Below are positions 50,927 through 60,332 of a stretch of DNA of 64,000 bases, in pieces (position 1 is the stretch's first letter; the number at the start of each line of letters is the position of its first letter). Below the pieces are notes generated by a model, which saw only the letters and a program-made list of their open reading frames with translations, searched no databases and had not been told where the DNA came from. The translations under genes were made by a program, and so were the position numbers. The stretch is taken from positions 27,745-91,744 of the forward strand of contig JBBRNM010000001.1 of NCBI GenBank assembly GCA_038230295.1. The letters run 5' to 3'. The DNA comes from Candidatus Limnocylindrales bacterium. GTDB taxonomy: Bacteria > Chloroflexota > Limnocylindria > Limnocylindrales > CSP1-4.

Positions 50927-52294
50927 ATGATCGCCGACTATTTCAAGTTCGCCGAGCGCGGCACGGACCTCTTGACGGAGGCTCGTGGCGGCCTGACCAC
51001 CTTCATGGTCATGGTCTACATCGTCTTCCTGAACGCGAGCATCCTTGGCGACGGGTTCAAGCTCGCCGCAGATGATCCTGGACGGATCGCGCTCTCGGCC
51101 GGCACGGCCCTGATCGCCGGCATCATGACGATCGCGATGGGCGCCTGGGCGAACTACCCGTTCGCGCTGGCCGCCGGTCTGGGCATCAACGCCATCGTAG
51201 CCTTCAGCCTCACCGGTCGCGGCCTGACCCCGCAGGGCGCGATGGGCGTCATCGTGCTCGAGGGCCTCGCGGTGACCCTGCTCGTCCTCGTGGGCTTCCG
51301 GGAAGCCGTCATGAACGCCGTCCCGCTGGCGCTCAAGCGAGCGATCGGCGCCGGCATCGGCTTGTTCATCCTGTTCATCGGCTTCGCCAACGGCGGCTTG
51401 GTCCAGTCGGGCTGCTCGCCGTTCGTGCCGCTTCCGGTCTGCGCCGGAACGCTTGTCACCGTCTCGTTCCCGACGACGGCCGCACAGTTCGTCTTCCTCT
51501 TCGGCCTCGCGCTCACCGCGATCCTGTGGGCTCGCCGGATCCGGGCCGCCCTCGTCATCTCGATCCTCGGCACGACGCTCGTCGCCCTGGCGGCCGGCGT
51601 CACGAAGGTGCCCGCCGGCCTGACCTTGACGCCAAACTTCTCGACGCTCGGCTCGTTCGACATCGGCAACGTGTTCAGCACGTTGCCGCTGCTCACCGCG
51701 ATCCTCGTGATCTTCGCGATCATGCTGACCGACTTCTTCGACACGATGGGCACGGTCACCGGCGTCGCCGCCGAGGCCGGCCTCGCGAAGGAAGACGGCT
51801 CGGTCCCGGGCGTGGGCCGGGTCCTGATCGTCGACAGCATCGCGGCCGCCGTGGGTGGCCTCGGCGGCGTGTCCTCGAACACGACCTACATCGAGAGCGC
51901 TGCAGGCGTCGCCGACGGCGCGCGGACGGGCTTCGCGTCCGTGGTCACCGGTGTCCTGTTCCTGCTCGCGATCCTGCTCGCGCCGCTCGCGGGGATCATC
52001 CCGGGCGTCGCGACCGCTCCGGCTCTCGTGATCGTTGGCTACCTGATGTTCACCCAGGTGAAGGACATCAACGTGGCCGACATCGAGGACGGCTTCCCGG
52101 CCCTCCTCACCATGATCCTCATGCCCCTGACCTACGACATCACGGTCGGCATCGGCGCTGGCTTCATCTCGTGGGTCCTCATCAAGGTCGTGCGCGGCAA
52201 GATGGCCGACGTCCATCCGCTCATGTGGGTGGTCTCGATCGCCTTCGTCGTGTTCTTCCTGCAGAACTGGATCCAGGCGCTCCTGCCCAAGTGA
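50927..52294 (+). CDS. NCS2-family purine permease (AzgA/PbuG-type hypoxanthine/guanine/adenine permease)
   Basis: N-terminus MIADYFKFAERGT… is characteristic of the AzgA subfamily. The protein is multi-TM. Confidence 0.85.
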   Translation: MIADYFKFAERGTDLLTEARGGLTTFMVMVYIVFLNASILGDGFKLAADDPGRIALSAGTALIAGIMTIAMGAWANYPFALAAGLGINAIVAFSLTGRGLTPQGAMGVIVLEGLAVTLLVLVGFREAVMNAVPLALKRAIGAGIGLFILFIGFANGGLVQSGCSPFVPLPVCAGTLVTVSFPTTAAQFVFLFGLALTAILWARRIRAALVISILGTTLVALAAGVTKVPAGLTLTPNFSTLGSFDIGNVFSTLPLLTAILVIFAIMLTDFFDTMGTVTGVAAEAGLAKEDGSVPGVGRVLIVDSIAAAVGGLGGVSSNTTYIESAAGVADGARTGFASVVTGVLFLLAILLAPLAGIIPGVATAPALVIVGYLMFTQVKDINVADIEDGFPALLTMILMPLTYDITVGIGAGFISWVLIKVVRGKMADVHPLMWVVSIAFVVFFLQNWIQALLPK

Positions 52295-52383
52295 TCGCCT
52301 GATCCCGGGTCTACCGCGCGAAATCCGCGGCCGGCGTCCCTCGGGCGCCGGCCGTTCGATTCGCCTCCTGTACCATCGCCGCG

Positions 52384-53652
52384 ATGTTTGAACGGACCGT
52401 GCTGCCCGAGGGGCCTCGGGTGATCAGCGCCCGCTTGCCCGCGGCGCGCTCCGTGTCGATTGCGGCTTACGTGCTGGCTGGCTCGCGCGCCGAGGATCCC
52501 GGCGAGACCGGTGTCGCCCACTTCCTCGAGCACCTCACGTTCAAGGGCACAAAGGCCTTTCCGTCGACGCGGACCCTCAGCGAGGCGATCGAGGGTGTCG
52601 GCGGCTCGTTCAACGCCGCGACGGATCGAGAGTCCACCGTCTACTGGGCTCGCGTGCCCGGACGCGAGGCCGCGCGGGCGATGGAGGTCCTCGGCGAGCT
52701 GATCTGCCGGCCGGCCCTCGACCGGACAGAGATCGATCGCGAGCGCGACGTCATCGTCGAGGAGATCCGCGGCTACCTTGACGACCCCGCGGAGTACTGC
52801 CAGATCCTCTTCCAGCAGGCGATGTTCGGGGACGGCGCGCTCGGCCGCGAGATCTGCGGCGACGAGGCTGCCGTCCGCTCCCTCCCCGAAGCGACGATCC
52901 GGGCGTTCTGGGGCTCGCGATACCGGCCGGTGAACACGGTCGTGGCCGTCGCCGGCGACCTGTCGCACGAAGAGTCTGTTGAGCTTGCGTCCCAGGCCTT
53001 CGGGCGCGGCAACGGCGCCGTCCATGGTTTCAAGGCCTCGCCGACTTTGCCCGCCGGGGAGCGGATCCTCGTCGGGCGCCGCGACACGACCCAGGCCCAG
53101 ATCAGCCTGGGCGTGCCGGCCCTCCAGCGCGACCATCCAGATGGCTGGGCCCTCGCCGTCCTGAACACGGTCCTCGGCGACGGCATGAGCAGCCGGCTGT
53201 TCCTGTCGCTCGTCGACCGTGCCGGGCTCGCCTACGACGTGAGCTCGGGGATCGTCGAATACGCCGATGCGGGCTCCCTGGAGGTCAACGCCGGCGTCGA
53301 CCCCGCGAAGATCGGCCGGGCGCTCGACGCCATCCTCGTCGAGCTGGGGCGGCTTCGCGACGAACCCGTGCCCGAGCCGGAGGTCGAGAAGGCCAAGACC
53401 TACCTCGCCGGGGGGCTCGAGCTGCGAATGGACGAGACCCGTCACCTCGCGGCCTGGATCGGTGGCCAGGAGGCACTTCACGAGCGGGTCCTGACGCTCG
53501 ACGAGGCGCTGGCCGCGGTCGAGGCCGTGACCGCGGAGGACGTCCACCGTGTCTCGCGCGATCTGATTCACGACGATGTCCTGCGGCTCGCCGTCGTCGC
53601 CCCGGGGCGGAACCTGCGCAACCTCGACCGTCGGCTCCGTCTGCCGACATGA
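52384..53652 (+). CDS. M16-family zinc peptidase (pitrilysin/insulinase-like)
   Basis: Inverted zinc motif HFLEH plus a downstream E. It is 422 aa. Confidence 0.85.
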   Translation: MFERTVLPEGPRVISARLPAARSVSIAAYVLAGSRAEDPGETGVAHFLEHLTFKGTKAFPSTRTLSEAIEGVGGSFNAATDRESTVYWARVPGREAARAMEVLGELICRPALDRTEIDRERDVIVEEIRGYLDDPAEYCQILFQQAMFGDGALGREICGDEAAVRSLPEATIRAFWGSRYRPVNTVVAVAGDLSHEESVELASQAFGRGNGAVHGFKASPTLPAGERILVGRRDTTQAQISLGVPALQRDHPDGWALAVLNTVLGDGMSSRLFLSLVDRAGLAYDVSSGIVEYADAGSLEVNAGVDPAKIGRALDAILVELGRLRDEPVPEPEVEKAKTYLAGGLELRMDETRHLAAWIGGQEALHERVLTLDEALAAVEAVTAEDVHRVSRDLIHDDVLRLAVVAPGRNLRNLDRRLRLPT

Positions 53653-54575
53653 GTGGCGTGACGCCCGCCGCTGTGGCGATGGACCTCGACGGCGAGGCTC
53701 GCCTGGCCCGACTCCACCTGCGCGTCGGGATGCTCGTCCTCGCGCGATCCGAGCTCGAGGATCTCGAGCGGCGGGGACTCCTCGACCTGGCAGGCCGAGC
53801 GTCGCTGGCCGAGGCGCGCTGGCGCTCCGGTGACCTGGAGGACGCAGCTGCGGCGGCCCGGGCGCATCTCGACGCCGGCGGCGACGACCCAATCGCCCTG
53901 TGCGTCGCCGCGGAAGCCGCCGCGGCGGACGGCCGGCCCGCCGAGGCGAGGAACTTGATGGATCGCCTCGGACCACCCGACGCGGCCACCGTCGATGCGC
54001 TCTTCGCGGGCATGCCCCGGCGAGCGTTCTGGCCCTCGCTCGGTGGCGATGCGGTGACGACCGAAACACTGTTCGGCGAGGCCGGCCCTGGAGGAGACGC
54101 CGCGCGTCGCGCTCACCAGACCCCACCGTTGGATCGGCGAGGCCTGTCACGGGAAACGCCGGTGGGCCGGCAGCACCCCGGGACGTCACCCACCGTCAGG
54201 ACTGTGCCCGGTCCCCGGGAGGTCCTCGACTCGACCGATCCCGAGCTCTGGCCGGACGGAGCCGCGGCGGCGCAGGGTGCGTCCGCGGGCTCCGGGCCGT
54301 CGGTCGACATCGATCCGCTGCTCGAGCTCGCCCAGGGTCGCGCGGAGCTGTCGACAGACGTCGAACGGGCCCTGGTCCGGCTGTCCCTCGTCCTCCGGAT
54401 CGATCCGACCCTCGCCCCGGCGGTCCTCGACGCGATCAGCCTCCGACGTGAGCCTGCGGCCGAGCTCATCCGCGGCGATGCGCAGCGGCTGCTCGGCCGT
54501 CACATCGAGGCCGAGGCGGCCTTCGCTCGCACCGCCGACTGGCTCGACCGTCCGATGCCCCACAAGGAATCCTGA
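53649..54575 (+). CDS. hypothetical protein translationally coupled (ATGA) to the M16 peptidase
   Basis: 308 aa with helical/TPR-like ends and a low-complexity middle. Not an M16 paralog. Confidence 0.5.
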   Translation: MSGVTPAAVAMDLDGEARLARLHLRVGMLVLARSELEDLERRGLLDLAGRASLAEARWRSGDLEDAAAAARAHLDAGGDDPIALCVAAEAAAADGRPAEARNLMDRLGPPDAATVDALFAGMPRRAFWPSLGGDAVTTETLFGEAGPGGDAARRAHQTPPLDRRGLSRETPVGRQHPGTSPTVRTVPGPREVLDSTDPELWPDGAAAAQGASAGSGPSVDIDPLLELAQGRAELSTDVERALVRLSLVLRIDPTLAPAVLDAISLRREPAAELIRGDAQRLLGRHIEAEAAFARTADWLDRPMPHKES

Positions 54576-54598
54576 ATCCCCATGCTCGTGGAGGCCTC

Positions 54599-55060
54599 GT
54601 GACCGAACGAACGCTCGTACTGATCAAGCCCGACGGGGTCCAGCGCCTGCTTGTCGGCCGCATCCTCGCCCGGTTCGAGGAGCGCGGCCTCAAGCTCGTC
54701 GGCCTCAAGCTCGTCCGCGTGGACCGGTCGCTCGCGGAGCGCCACTACGCGGTCCACAAAGGCAAGCCATTCTTCGAAGGTCTTCTGGCGTTCATCACCT
54801 CGGGCCCGCTCGTCGCCATGGTGCTCGAGGGTCCCCTGGCGATCGCCGTGGTCCGATCGATGGTGGGCGCGACCCGACCCGCCGAGGCCGCTCCCGGCAC
54901 GATCCGGGGCGATCTCGCGCTCGAGACGGCGCAGAACCTGATCCACGCCTCGGACGGGTCGGAGACCGCGACCACCGAGGTCGCCCTGTGGTTCACCGCG
55001 GCCGAGCTGCTCGACTACGACCGCGAGATCGATCGCTGGGCCCTCGCCCCCGAGGACTGA
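54599..55060 (+). CDS. ndk: nucleoside diphosphate kinase
   Basis: …ERTLVLIKPDGV…, and the active-site His falls in the NLIHASD context. Confidence 0.92.
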   Translation: MTERTLVLIKPDGVQRLLVGRILARFEERGLKLVGLKLVRVDRSLAERHYAVHKGKPFFEGLLAFITSGPLVAMVLEGPLAIAVVRSMVGATRPAEAAPGTIRGDLALETAQNLIHASDGSETATTEVALWFTAAELLDYDREIDRWALAPED

Positions 55061-55102
55061 TCCCCCCTTCGGCAGCCCGACCGGCCCCTCGGCGGACGCC
55101 GT

Positions 55103-56560
55103 TCAGGCGGCGGCGCCGGTTACAGCGACGCCGAAGCCGACGGCGGCGAGGATGACGACGCCGAGGGCAACCAGCGGCGCCCGGTTCGCCCGCAGCTCCG
55201 CCGGCAGCGCGCGAGCGATCTCCCGGACCGACCCGCTCGACCAGCCCGCCGCACGGCCGCCCGTCCAGCGCGGGCGCCATGATGCCGCCCCGGCGACGGC
55301 TCTCCCGGGCCGGCCGAGTCCGACGACGATGATCCGGCCGAGGTAGATGACGGGTGTGAGCGCCGCCAGCAGGACGAGCGTCCCGAGCGGGCCCGACAAG
55401 GCGCCGTCGACGAGGGCCACCCGCGCCGAGAAGATCGCCATCCCCGGCAGGCCAACCGCGCCAAGCGCGATCAGGCCGAGGCCGACGGCGAGCGGCGGTG
55501 ACCCCGAGATCCAGCCGCGGAGGTCGACGAGCCGGTGGACGCCGAACGTCGATCGGGCCGCAGCCACCCATGCGGCGAGCGCCGTCTTGAGCATCGCCGA
55601 TGCGATCAGCCAGTTCCGAGCGGCATCCGCCGCCTCCGCGTGGAGCGAAGCGAAGGCCAGGACGGCCAGACCGGCATCCTGGAGGATCGAGTAGCCGAGG
55701 ACGTGCTCGACGTCGTCGTGGAGCGTCGCGGCGAGGCCCCCGAGCAGGATGCTCGTGACGCCGACCACGATGATCGCCAGCCGCTCGAGATCGCCTTCCA
55801 TGCCCGGTCCCATCGCCACCTGGCCCCAGCCGAGCGCGACCAGCAGAAACGCCGCGGAGCCCCAGACCAGCGACGCCGGGACCGCCAGCGGCGACACGCC
55901 CTCGATGAAGCGGGCCGCCCAGACGTGCGCCGGAATCAGGCCCATCCGGATCGCGACGGCGGCCACGATCCCGAGGAGCGCGAGCCCGGCGGCTGCTCGC
56001 GCTGCCGGATCCCCGGCTGGCGGCCCATTGCGGAGCGGGCCCGCCGGCGACGCCGCCCAGGCCACGACGACGAGCGCCAGCAGCGAGGAGCCGATCACGG
56101 CCCACGATCCGCGGATCGCCGTCCGCAGGCGCCACGGATCCTCGCGTCCGTGGACCCAGCCGCCGAGGCTGGGGATGACGATCGCTCCGACGCCGCCCCC
56201 GGCGAGCGCAGCGAACGACGTTGTCGCGTCGTCGATCGCGAGGGCCAGGACGCCGACGCCGAGGGCCAGCAGCGCCGGGCCGGTGACGACGCGCCGGCGC
56301 CCGATCTCCACCTCGAGCAGCCCGAGGACGAGCGTCCCGAGCGACCAGCCCAGGGCGACCACCCGGACGACGTTCGAGCCGACCAGGGCCTGGCCTCCGA
56401 TCGCCACCGCGTCGTCGCTCGTGACTCCAAGCGCGAGCGTGGCCGTGATCACGGCCGTCGCCAGGCCAAGGCTCGTCGCGAGGGTCCGCCGAACCGACAT
56501 GAGCAGCACTGTCGCGAGCCCGCCGACCAGGGGAACGAGGATGAGGGCGAGTAGGTTCAC
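55103..56560 (-). CDS. proton-antiporter-like membrane subunit (complex I NuoN/NuoL / Mrp MnhD family, PF00361-like)
   Basis: About 14 TM helices with a central antiporter-like region. The family call is at medium confidence. Confidence 0.55.
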   Translation of the reverse strand: MNLLALILVPLVGGLATVLLMSVRRTLATSLGLATAVITATLALGVTSDDAVAIGGQALVGSNVVRVVALGWSLGTLVLGLLEVEIGRRRVVTGPALLALGVGVLALAIDDATTSFAALAGGGVGAIVIPSLGGWVHGREDPWRLRTAIRGSWAVIGSSLLALVVVAWAASPAGPLRNGPPAGDPAARAAAGLALLGIVAAVAIRMGLIPAHVWAARFIEGVSPLAVPASLVWGSAAFLLVALGWGQVAMGPGMEGDLERLAIIVVGVTSILLGGLAATLHDDVEHVLGYSILQDAGLAVLAFASLHAEAADAARNWLIASAMLKTALAAWVAAARSTFGVHRLVDLRGWISGSPPLAVGLGLIALGAVGLPGMAIFSARVALVDGALSGPLGTLVLLAALTPVIYLGRIIVVGLGRPGRAVAGAASWRPRWTGGRAAGWSSGSVREIARALPAELRANRAPLVALGVVILAAVGFGVAVTGAAA

Positions 56561-56590
56561 GGCTCGGCAATCCGGTTCACGGCGCGCCGG

Positions 56591-57232
56591 TCAGCCCGCC
56601 TCGTCGAGGGACTGAGCCGACGGCTCCCCGACACGCGCGAGCGCCACGCCGGCCGCCGCGGCGCCCAGGAGCAGTCCGACCACCGCGAGCTGCTCGAAGT
56701 CTCCAGGCGGCCCGGCAAGCCCCGTTCGAAGCAGGATCGCGGCCTGCACGATCAGCACCAGCCCGATCGCCCGACGCGCGCCGGACCGGCCGAGTGCCGC
56801 CGGCGTGGCACCAACAGCGGCAATTGCCATCGCCGTCCCGGTGCTCAGGAACCCCACCGTCAGCGCGGCGGTGGTCGGGGGAGCGGCCTCGACCCCGCCG
56901 GTCGGCGTCGCGGCAAGGGCAGCCGCGATGCCGAGGCCGCCGAGGCCGGCGGCGCATGCAATCAGGCTCTCAGCCGGCCAGCCGAACCGCGAGCCGGGAT
57001 CGATATCGGGTGCCGCCTCGGGCAGGAGCGCCCGAAGGATCGCGACGACGAGCAGGCCACCGACGATCCGAACGCCGAGCGTCGCGGGCGACGGCAGCGG
57101 GTCGACGAGAAACGCGCTCCCCACGACCACGAGCGCCAGTCCGTTCAACGCGGCCCGCAGGTCTCGCGAGGAGACGGCGATCACAGCGCCCGCCCCAACC
57201 GCCAGCGCGACGGCCACGAGGGCGAGGTTCAT
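56591..57232 (-). CDS. hypothetical polytopic membrane protein
   Basis: Start taken at the internal M (MNLALVAVALAVG…). Ala/Gly/Leu-rich TM helices. It lies between lepB and the antiporter-like gene. Confidence 0.45.
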   Translation of the reverse strand: MNLALVAVALAVGAGAVIAVSSRDLRAALNGLALVVVGSAFLVDPLPSPATLGVRIVGGLLVVAILRALLPEAAPDIDPGSRFGWPAESLIACAAGLGGLGIAAALAATPTGGVEAAPPTTAALTVGFLSTGTAMAIAAVGATPAALGRSGARRAIGLVLIVQAAILLRTGLAGPPGDFEQLAVVGLLLGAAAAGVALARVGEPSAQSLDEAG

Positions 57233-57828
57233 GGGCTCGGGCTGGGACTGAGCTCCGGGTGCGCGGGCGTAGGCAGGATGCCGAAGGTGTCGAACGGCCA
57301 GTAGCGGAGCCACGCCCGGCCGATCACCTTCGAGATCTCGATCACGCCGAACTCGCGGGAGTCCGCCGAATCCCTCCGGTGGTCGCCGAAGACGAGCAGG
57401 TCGCCGTCCGGTACGAGCCATGTCGCCAGGCCGCCCACCGCCGGGTCGGTGGTCTGGGGAACGCCGTTGTCCTTGAAGATGTATGGCTCGTTGAGCTCGT
57501 TGCCGTTCACGAAGACCTTGCCGTCGCGCAGCTCTACGCGGTCACCCGGCAGGCCGATGATCCGCTTGATGAAGGGCACGCCGTTGCCCTGCGACCAGCT
57601 CGCCGGCGGATCGAAGACGACGATGTCGCCGCGGGTGTAGGGCGACCAGTGCGGGGTGAGCTTGTCGACGAGCACGTACTGGTCGGGCAGGAGCGTCGTC
57701 TCCATCGAGCCCTGCTGGACCTTGTACGGCTGGGCGACGAAAGTCTGGATGCCGAGAAAGATCACGAGGGTCAGGACGAGGGTCTCGACCACCTCGAACA
57801 GGCAACCGAGCGCGGGTCGTTGGGTCAC
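57229..57828 (-). CDS. lepB: signal peptidase I
   Basis: The Ser box QGSMETTL, the Lys box KRIIGLPGD and GDHRRDSADSR are present. Confidence 0.88.
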   Translation of the reverse strand: MTQRPALGCLFEVVETLVLTLVIFLGIQTFVAQPYKVQQGSMETTLLPDQYVLVDKLTPHWSPYTRGDIVVFDPPASWSQGNGVPFIKRIIGLPGDRVELRDGKVFVNGNELNEPYIFKDNGVPQTTDPAVGGLATWLVPDGDLLVFGDHRRDSADSREFGVIEISKVIGRAWLRYWPFDTFGILPTPAHPELSPSPSP

Positions 57829-57842
57829 AAGAGCGGGAGTGT

Positions 57843-57917
57843 ATAGGGCCCGCTGGGTCGCGGCCCATTTGACCCCGTCGGAGGGCCATTGCTACACTCC
57901 GCCCGGCCCGCCTAGGG
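57843..57917. other. extended inverted-repeat / stem-loop element (GGAGTGTA…TACACTCC with nested GGGCCC/GGCC arms) in the divergent lepB-hppA intergenic region
   Basis: Seen directly. The 8-bp outer arms enclose about 59 nt that contain further self-complementary GC-rich segments. Confidence 0.3.
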
Positions 57918-58053
57918 TGGCTTCGGTGCGTTCCGATGTGGTTTTCGAGCACCGAATGAACCGGCCTCCGGCCACTTCCCGACGAAGACCGGCGTCGCGG
58001 CCTGCGCCGCGAGCCCGACACCGCCCAGACACCTTGGAGGACCCCTCAACCCG

Positions 58054-60282
58054 ATGGACGCCAGTCAGCTGCAGCTGATCATCCTGCCGGCGGGCCTGAT
58101 CGCCGTGCTGTTCGCGATCTACCTCGCCCGCGACGTTCTCTCGAGGGACACGGGGACCAAGGCGATGGAGGATGTCGCCGGAACGATCTTCGAAGGCGCG
58201 GTGGCGTTCATCCGGCGGCAGTACACGACGATCGGCATCCTCGCGATCGTCGGCGCGGTGGTCATCGGCGCGATCATCACGATCTTCGAAACCAAGCAGG
58301 TCGCCGATACCGGCACGTTCGGCATCGACCTCGGCTGGCGGACCGGCCTGGCGTTCCTGGTCGGCGCCGCCTGCTCGATGGCCTCCGGGATCATCGGCAT
58401 GTTCATCAGCGTGAAGGCGAACGTTCGCACGGCCGCAGCGGCGCGCCGCAGCGTCGTCGAGGCGGTCCAGGTGGCGATGCGCGGCGGAGCCGTCTCGGGG
58501 TTCCTCGTCGTCTCCCTGTCGCTGCTCGGCGTGTACGGGATCTTCAGCTTGTTCGGCGGCCTGGCCGGTGGCCAGGCGACGCACGACGCGCCATTCCTGA
58601 TCGTCGGGTTCGGCTTCGGTGCCTCCTTCGTGGCCCTGTTCGCCCAGCTCGGCGGCGGCATCTATACGAAAGCGGCGGATGTCGGTTCGGACCTCGTCGG
58701 CAAGGTCGAGGCCGGGATCCCCGAGGACGACCCGCGAAATGCCGGCGTCATCGCCGATCTCGTCGGCGACAACGTCGGCGACTGCGCCGGCCGTGGCGCC
58801 GACCTGTTCGAGTCCACCGCCGCCGAGAACATCGGAGCGATGATCCTCGGCGTCGGCGTGTACGCCATCGCGCTTGCGGCCGGCTGGCCACATCCCGAGG
58901 CGTGGATCTTCTTCCCGCTCGTCGTTCGCGCGTTCGGCCTGCTGTCCACGATCGTCGCCATCTTCTTCGTCCGCGGCCGCGAAGACGAGAACCCGATGAA
59001 CATGCTCAATCGCGGCTACTGGGTGACGACGATCCTGTCCGCCGCTGCATTGCTGCTCGTGACGAACGTCATGCTCCAGACGAACGGCAATGCGCCGTCC
59101 GGGCTGCCGGTGTGGGTGTACTTCTTCGGCGCCGGAGTCGTCGGTCTCGCGACGAGCGTCGCGTTCGTCTACATCACCCAGTACTACACCGCCGGCACCT
59201 ACCGCCCGGTGCGCGAGATCGCCGAGGCGTCCCGGACAGGTCCTGCGACGAACATCATCTCGGGCATGGCGGTCGGGTTCGAGACGACCTTCGTTACGGC
59301 AATCACGATCGGTATCGCGCTCTTCGCGAGCCACGCGCTTGGTTCCGCGGCGCACATCGTCAACGCCGACGGCAAGGACGTGGGCGGCATCTTCGGGACA
59401 GCCGTCGCGACCATGGGCATGCTCATGACGACGGCCTACATCCTGGCGATGGACACGTTCGGGCCGATCACCGACAACGCCGGCGGCATCGCCGAGTTCA
59501 GCCGCGCCGAGGCCGGCGCCCGTGAGATCACCGACCGCCTCGACGCCGTTGGCAACACGACGAAGGCGTTGACCAAGGGCTACGCGATCGCCTCAGCCTC
59601 GCTCGCGGCGTTCCTGCTGTTCAGCGCCTACATCGACAAGGTCAACCTGATCCTCGGTCGACAGATCGCAGCGGGCACCCGCGAGGCCGGCTCGCTGCTG
59701 ACCTCCGTCAACCTCGCCAACGTGAACGTATTCATCGCCGCCCTGATGGGCGCGATGCTCGTGTACTTCTTCTCGTCGCTCGCGATCCGAGCAGTTGGCA
59801 CGACGGCCCAGGCGATCATCGTCGAGGTTCGCCGCCAGTTCCGGGAGATGCCCGGAATCATGGATTACTCCCAGCGTCCCGATTACGCCCGCGTCGTCGA
59901 CATCACGACCCGCGCGGCGCTGCGGGAGATGATCGCGCCGGGCGTCGTTGCAGTTGCCACGCCGATCATCGTCGGCCTCCTCCTCGGTTACGAGGCGGTC
60001 GCGGGCATGCTGATGGTCGGGACGATCGCCGGCGTGCTCCTCGCGACCGTCTTGAACAACGGCGGCGGGGCCTGGGATAACGCGAAGAAGTACATCGAGT
60101 CGGGCAACCTCAAGGACATCGCGGGCAACGTGCTCGGAAAGAAGACCGACGCCCACGCCGCCGCGGTCGTCGGCGACACCGTCGGCGACCCCTTCAAGGA
60201 CACCGCCGGACCGTCGCTCCACGTCCTCGTGAAGCTGCTGGCCACCATCACCCTCGTCCTCGCGCCGCTCTTCATCCGCTAG
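58054..60282 (+). CDS. hppA: membrane-bound proton/sodium-translocating pyrophosphatase
   Basis: GDNVGDCAGRGADLFES signature and 16-TM H+-PPase sequence, 742 aa. Confidence 0.92.
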   Translation: MDASQLQLIILPAGLIAVLFAIYLARDVLSRDTGTKAMEDVAGTIFEGAVAFIRRQYTTIGILAIVGAVVIGAIITIFETKQVADTGTFGIDLGWRTGLAFLVGAACSMASGIIGMFISVKANVRTAAAARRSVVEAVQVAMRGGAVSGFLVVSLSLLGVYGIFSLFGGLAGGQATHDAPFLIVGFGFGASFVALFAQLGGGIYTKAADVGSDLVGKVEAGIPEDDPRNAGVIADLVGDNVGDCAGRGADLFESTAAENIGAMILGVGVYAIALAAGWPHPEAWIFFPLVVRAFGLLSTIVAIFFVRGREDENPMNMLNRGYWVTTILSAAALLLVTNVMLQTNGNAPSGLPVWVYFFGAGVVGLATSVAFVYITQYYTAGTYRPVREIAEASRTGPATNIISGMAVGFETTFVTAITIGIALFASHALGSAAHIVNADGKDVGGIFGTAVATMGMLMTTAYILAMDTFGPITDNAGGIAEFSRAEAGAREITDRLDAVGNTTKALTKGYAIASASLAAFLLFSAYIDKVNLILGRQIAAGTREAGSLLTSVNLANVNVFIAALMGAMLVYFFSSLAIRAVGTTAQAIIVEVRRQFREMPGIMDYSQRPDYARVVDITTRAALREMIAPGVVAVATPIIVGLLLGYEAVAGMLMVGTIAGVLLATVLNNGGGAWDNAKKYIESGNLKDIAGNVLGKKTDAHAAAVVGDTVGDPFKDTAGPSLHVLVKLLATITLVLAPLFIR

Positions 60283-60332
60283 GCCAGAGACCCCCGCGGT
60301 CGGGCTGACCCGGCCGCCGCCAGGAGCCACCC

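Noticed and set aside
57829-58053. tRNA or other small RNA gene in the lepB-hppA spacer
   Set aside because: No GGTTCGAATCC-like T-loop, no cloverleaf-compatible arms and no CCA context. Only a long imperfect stem-loop is present, which I kept as a structured-element finding instead.
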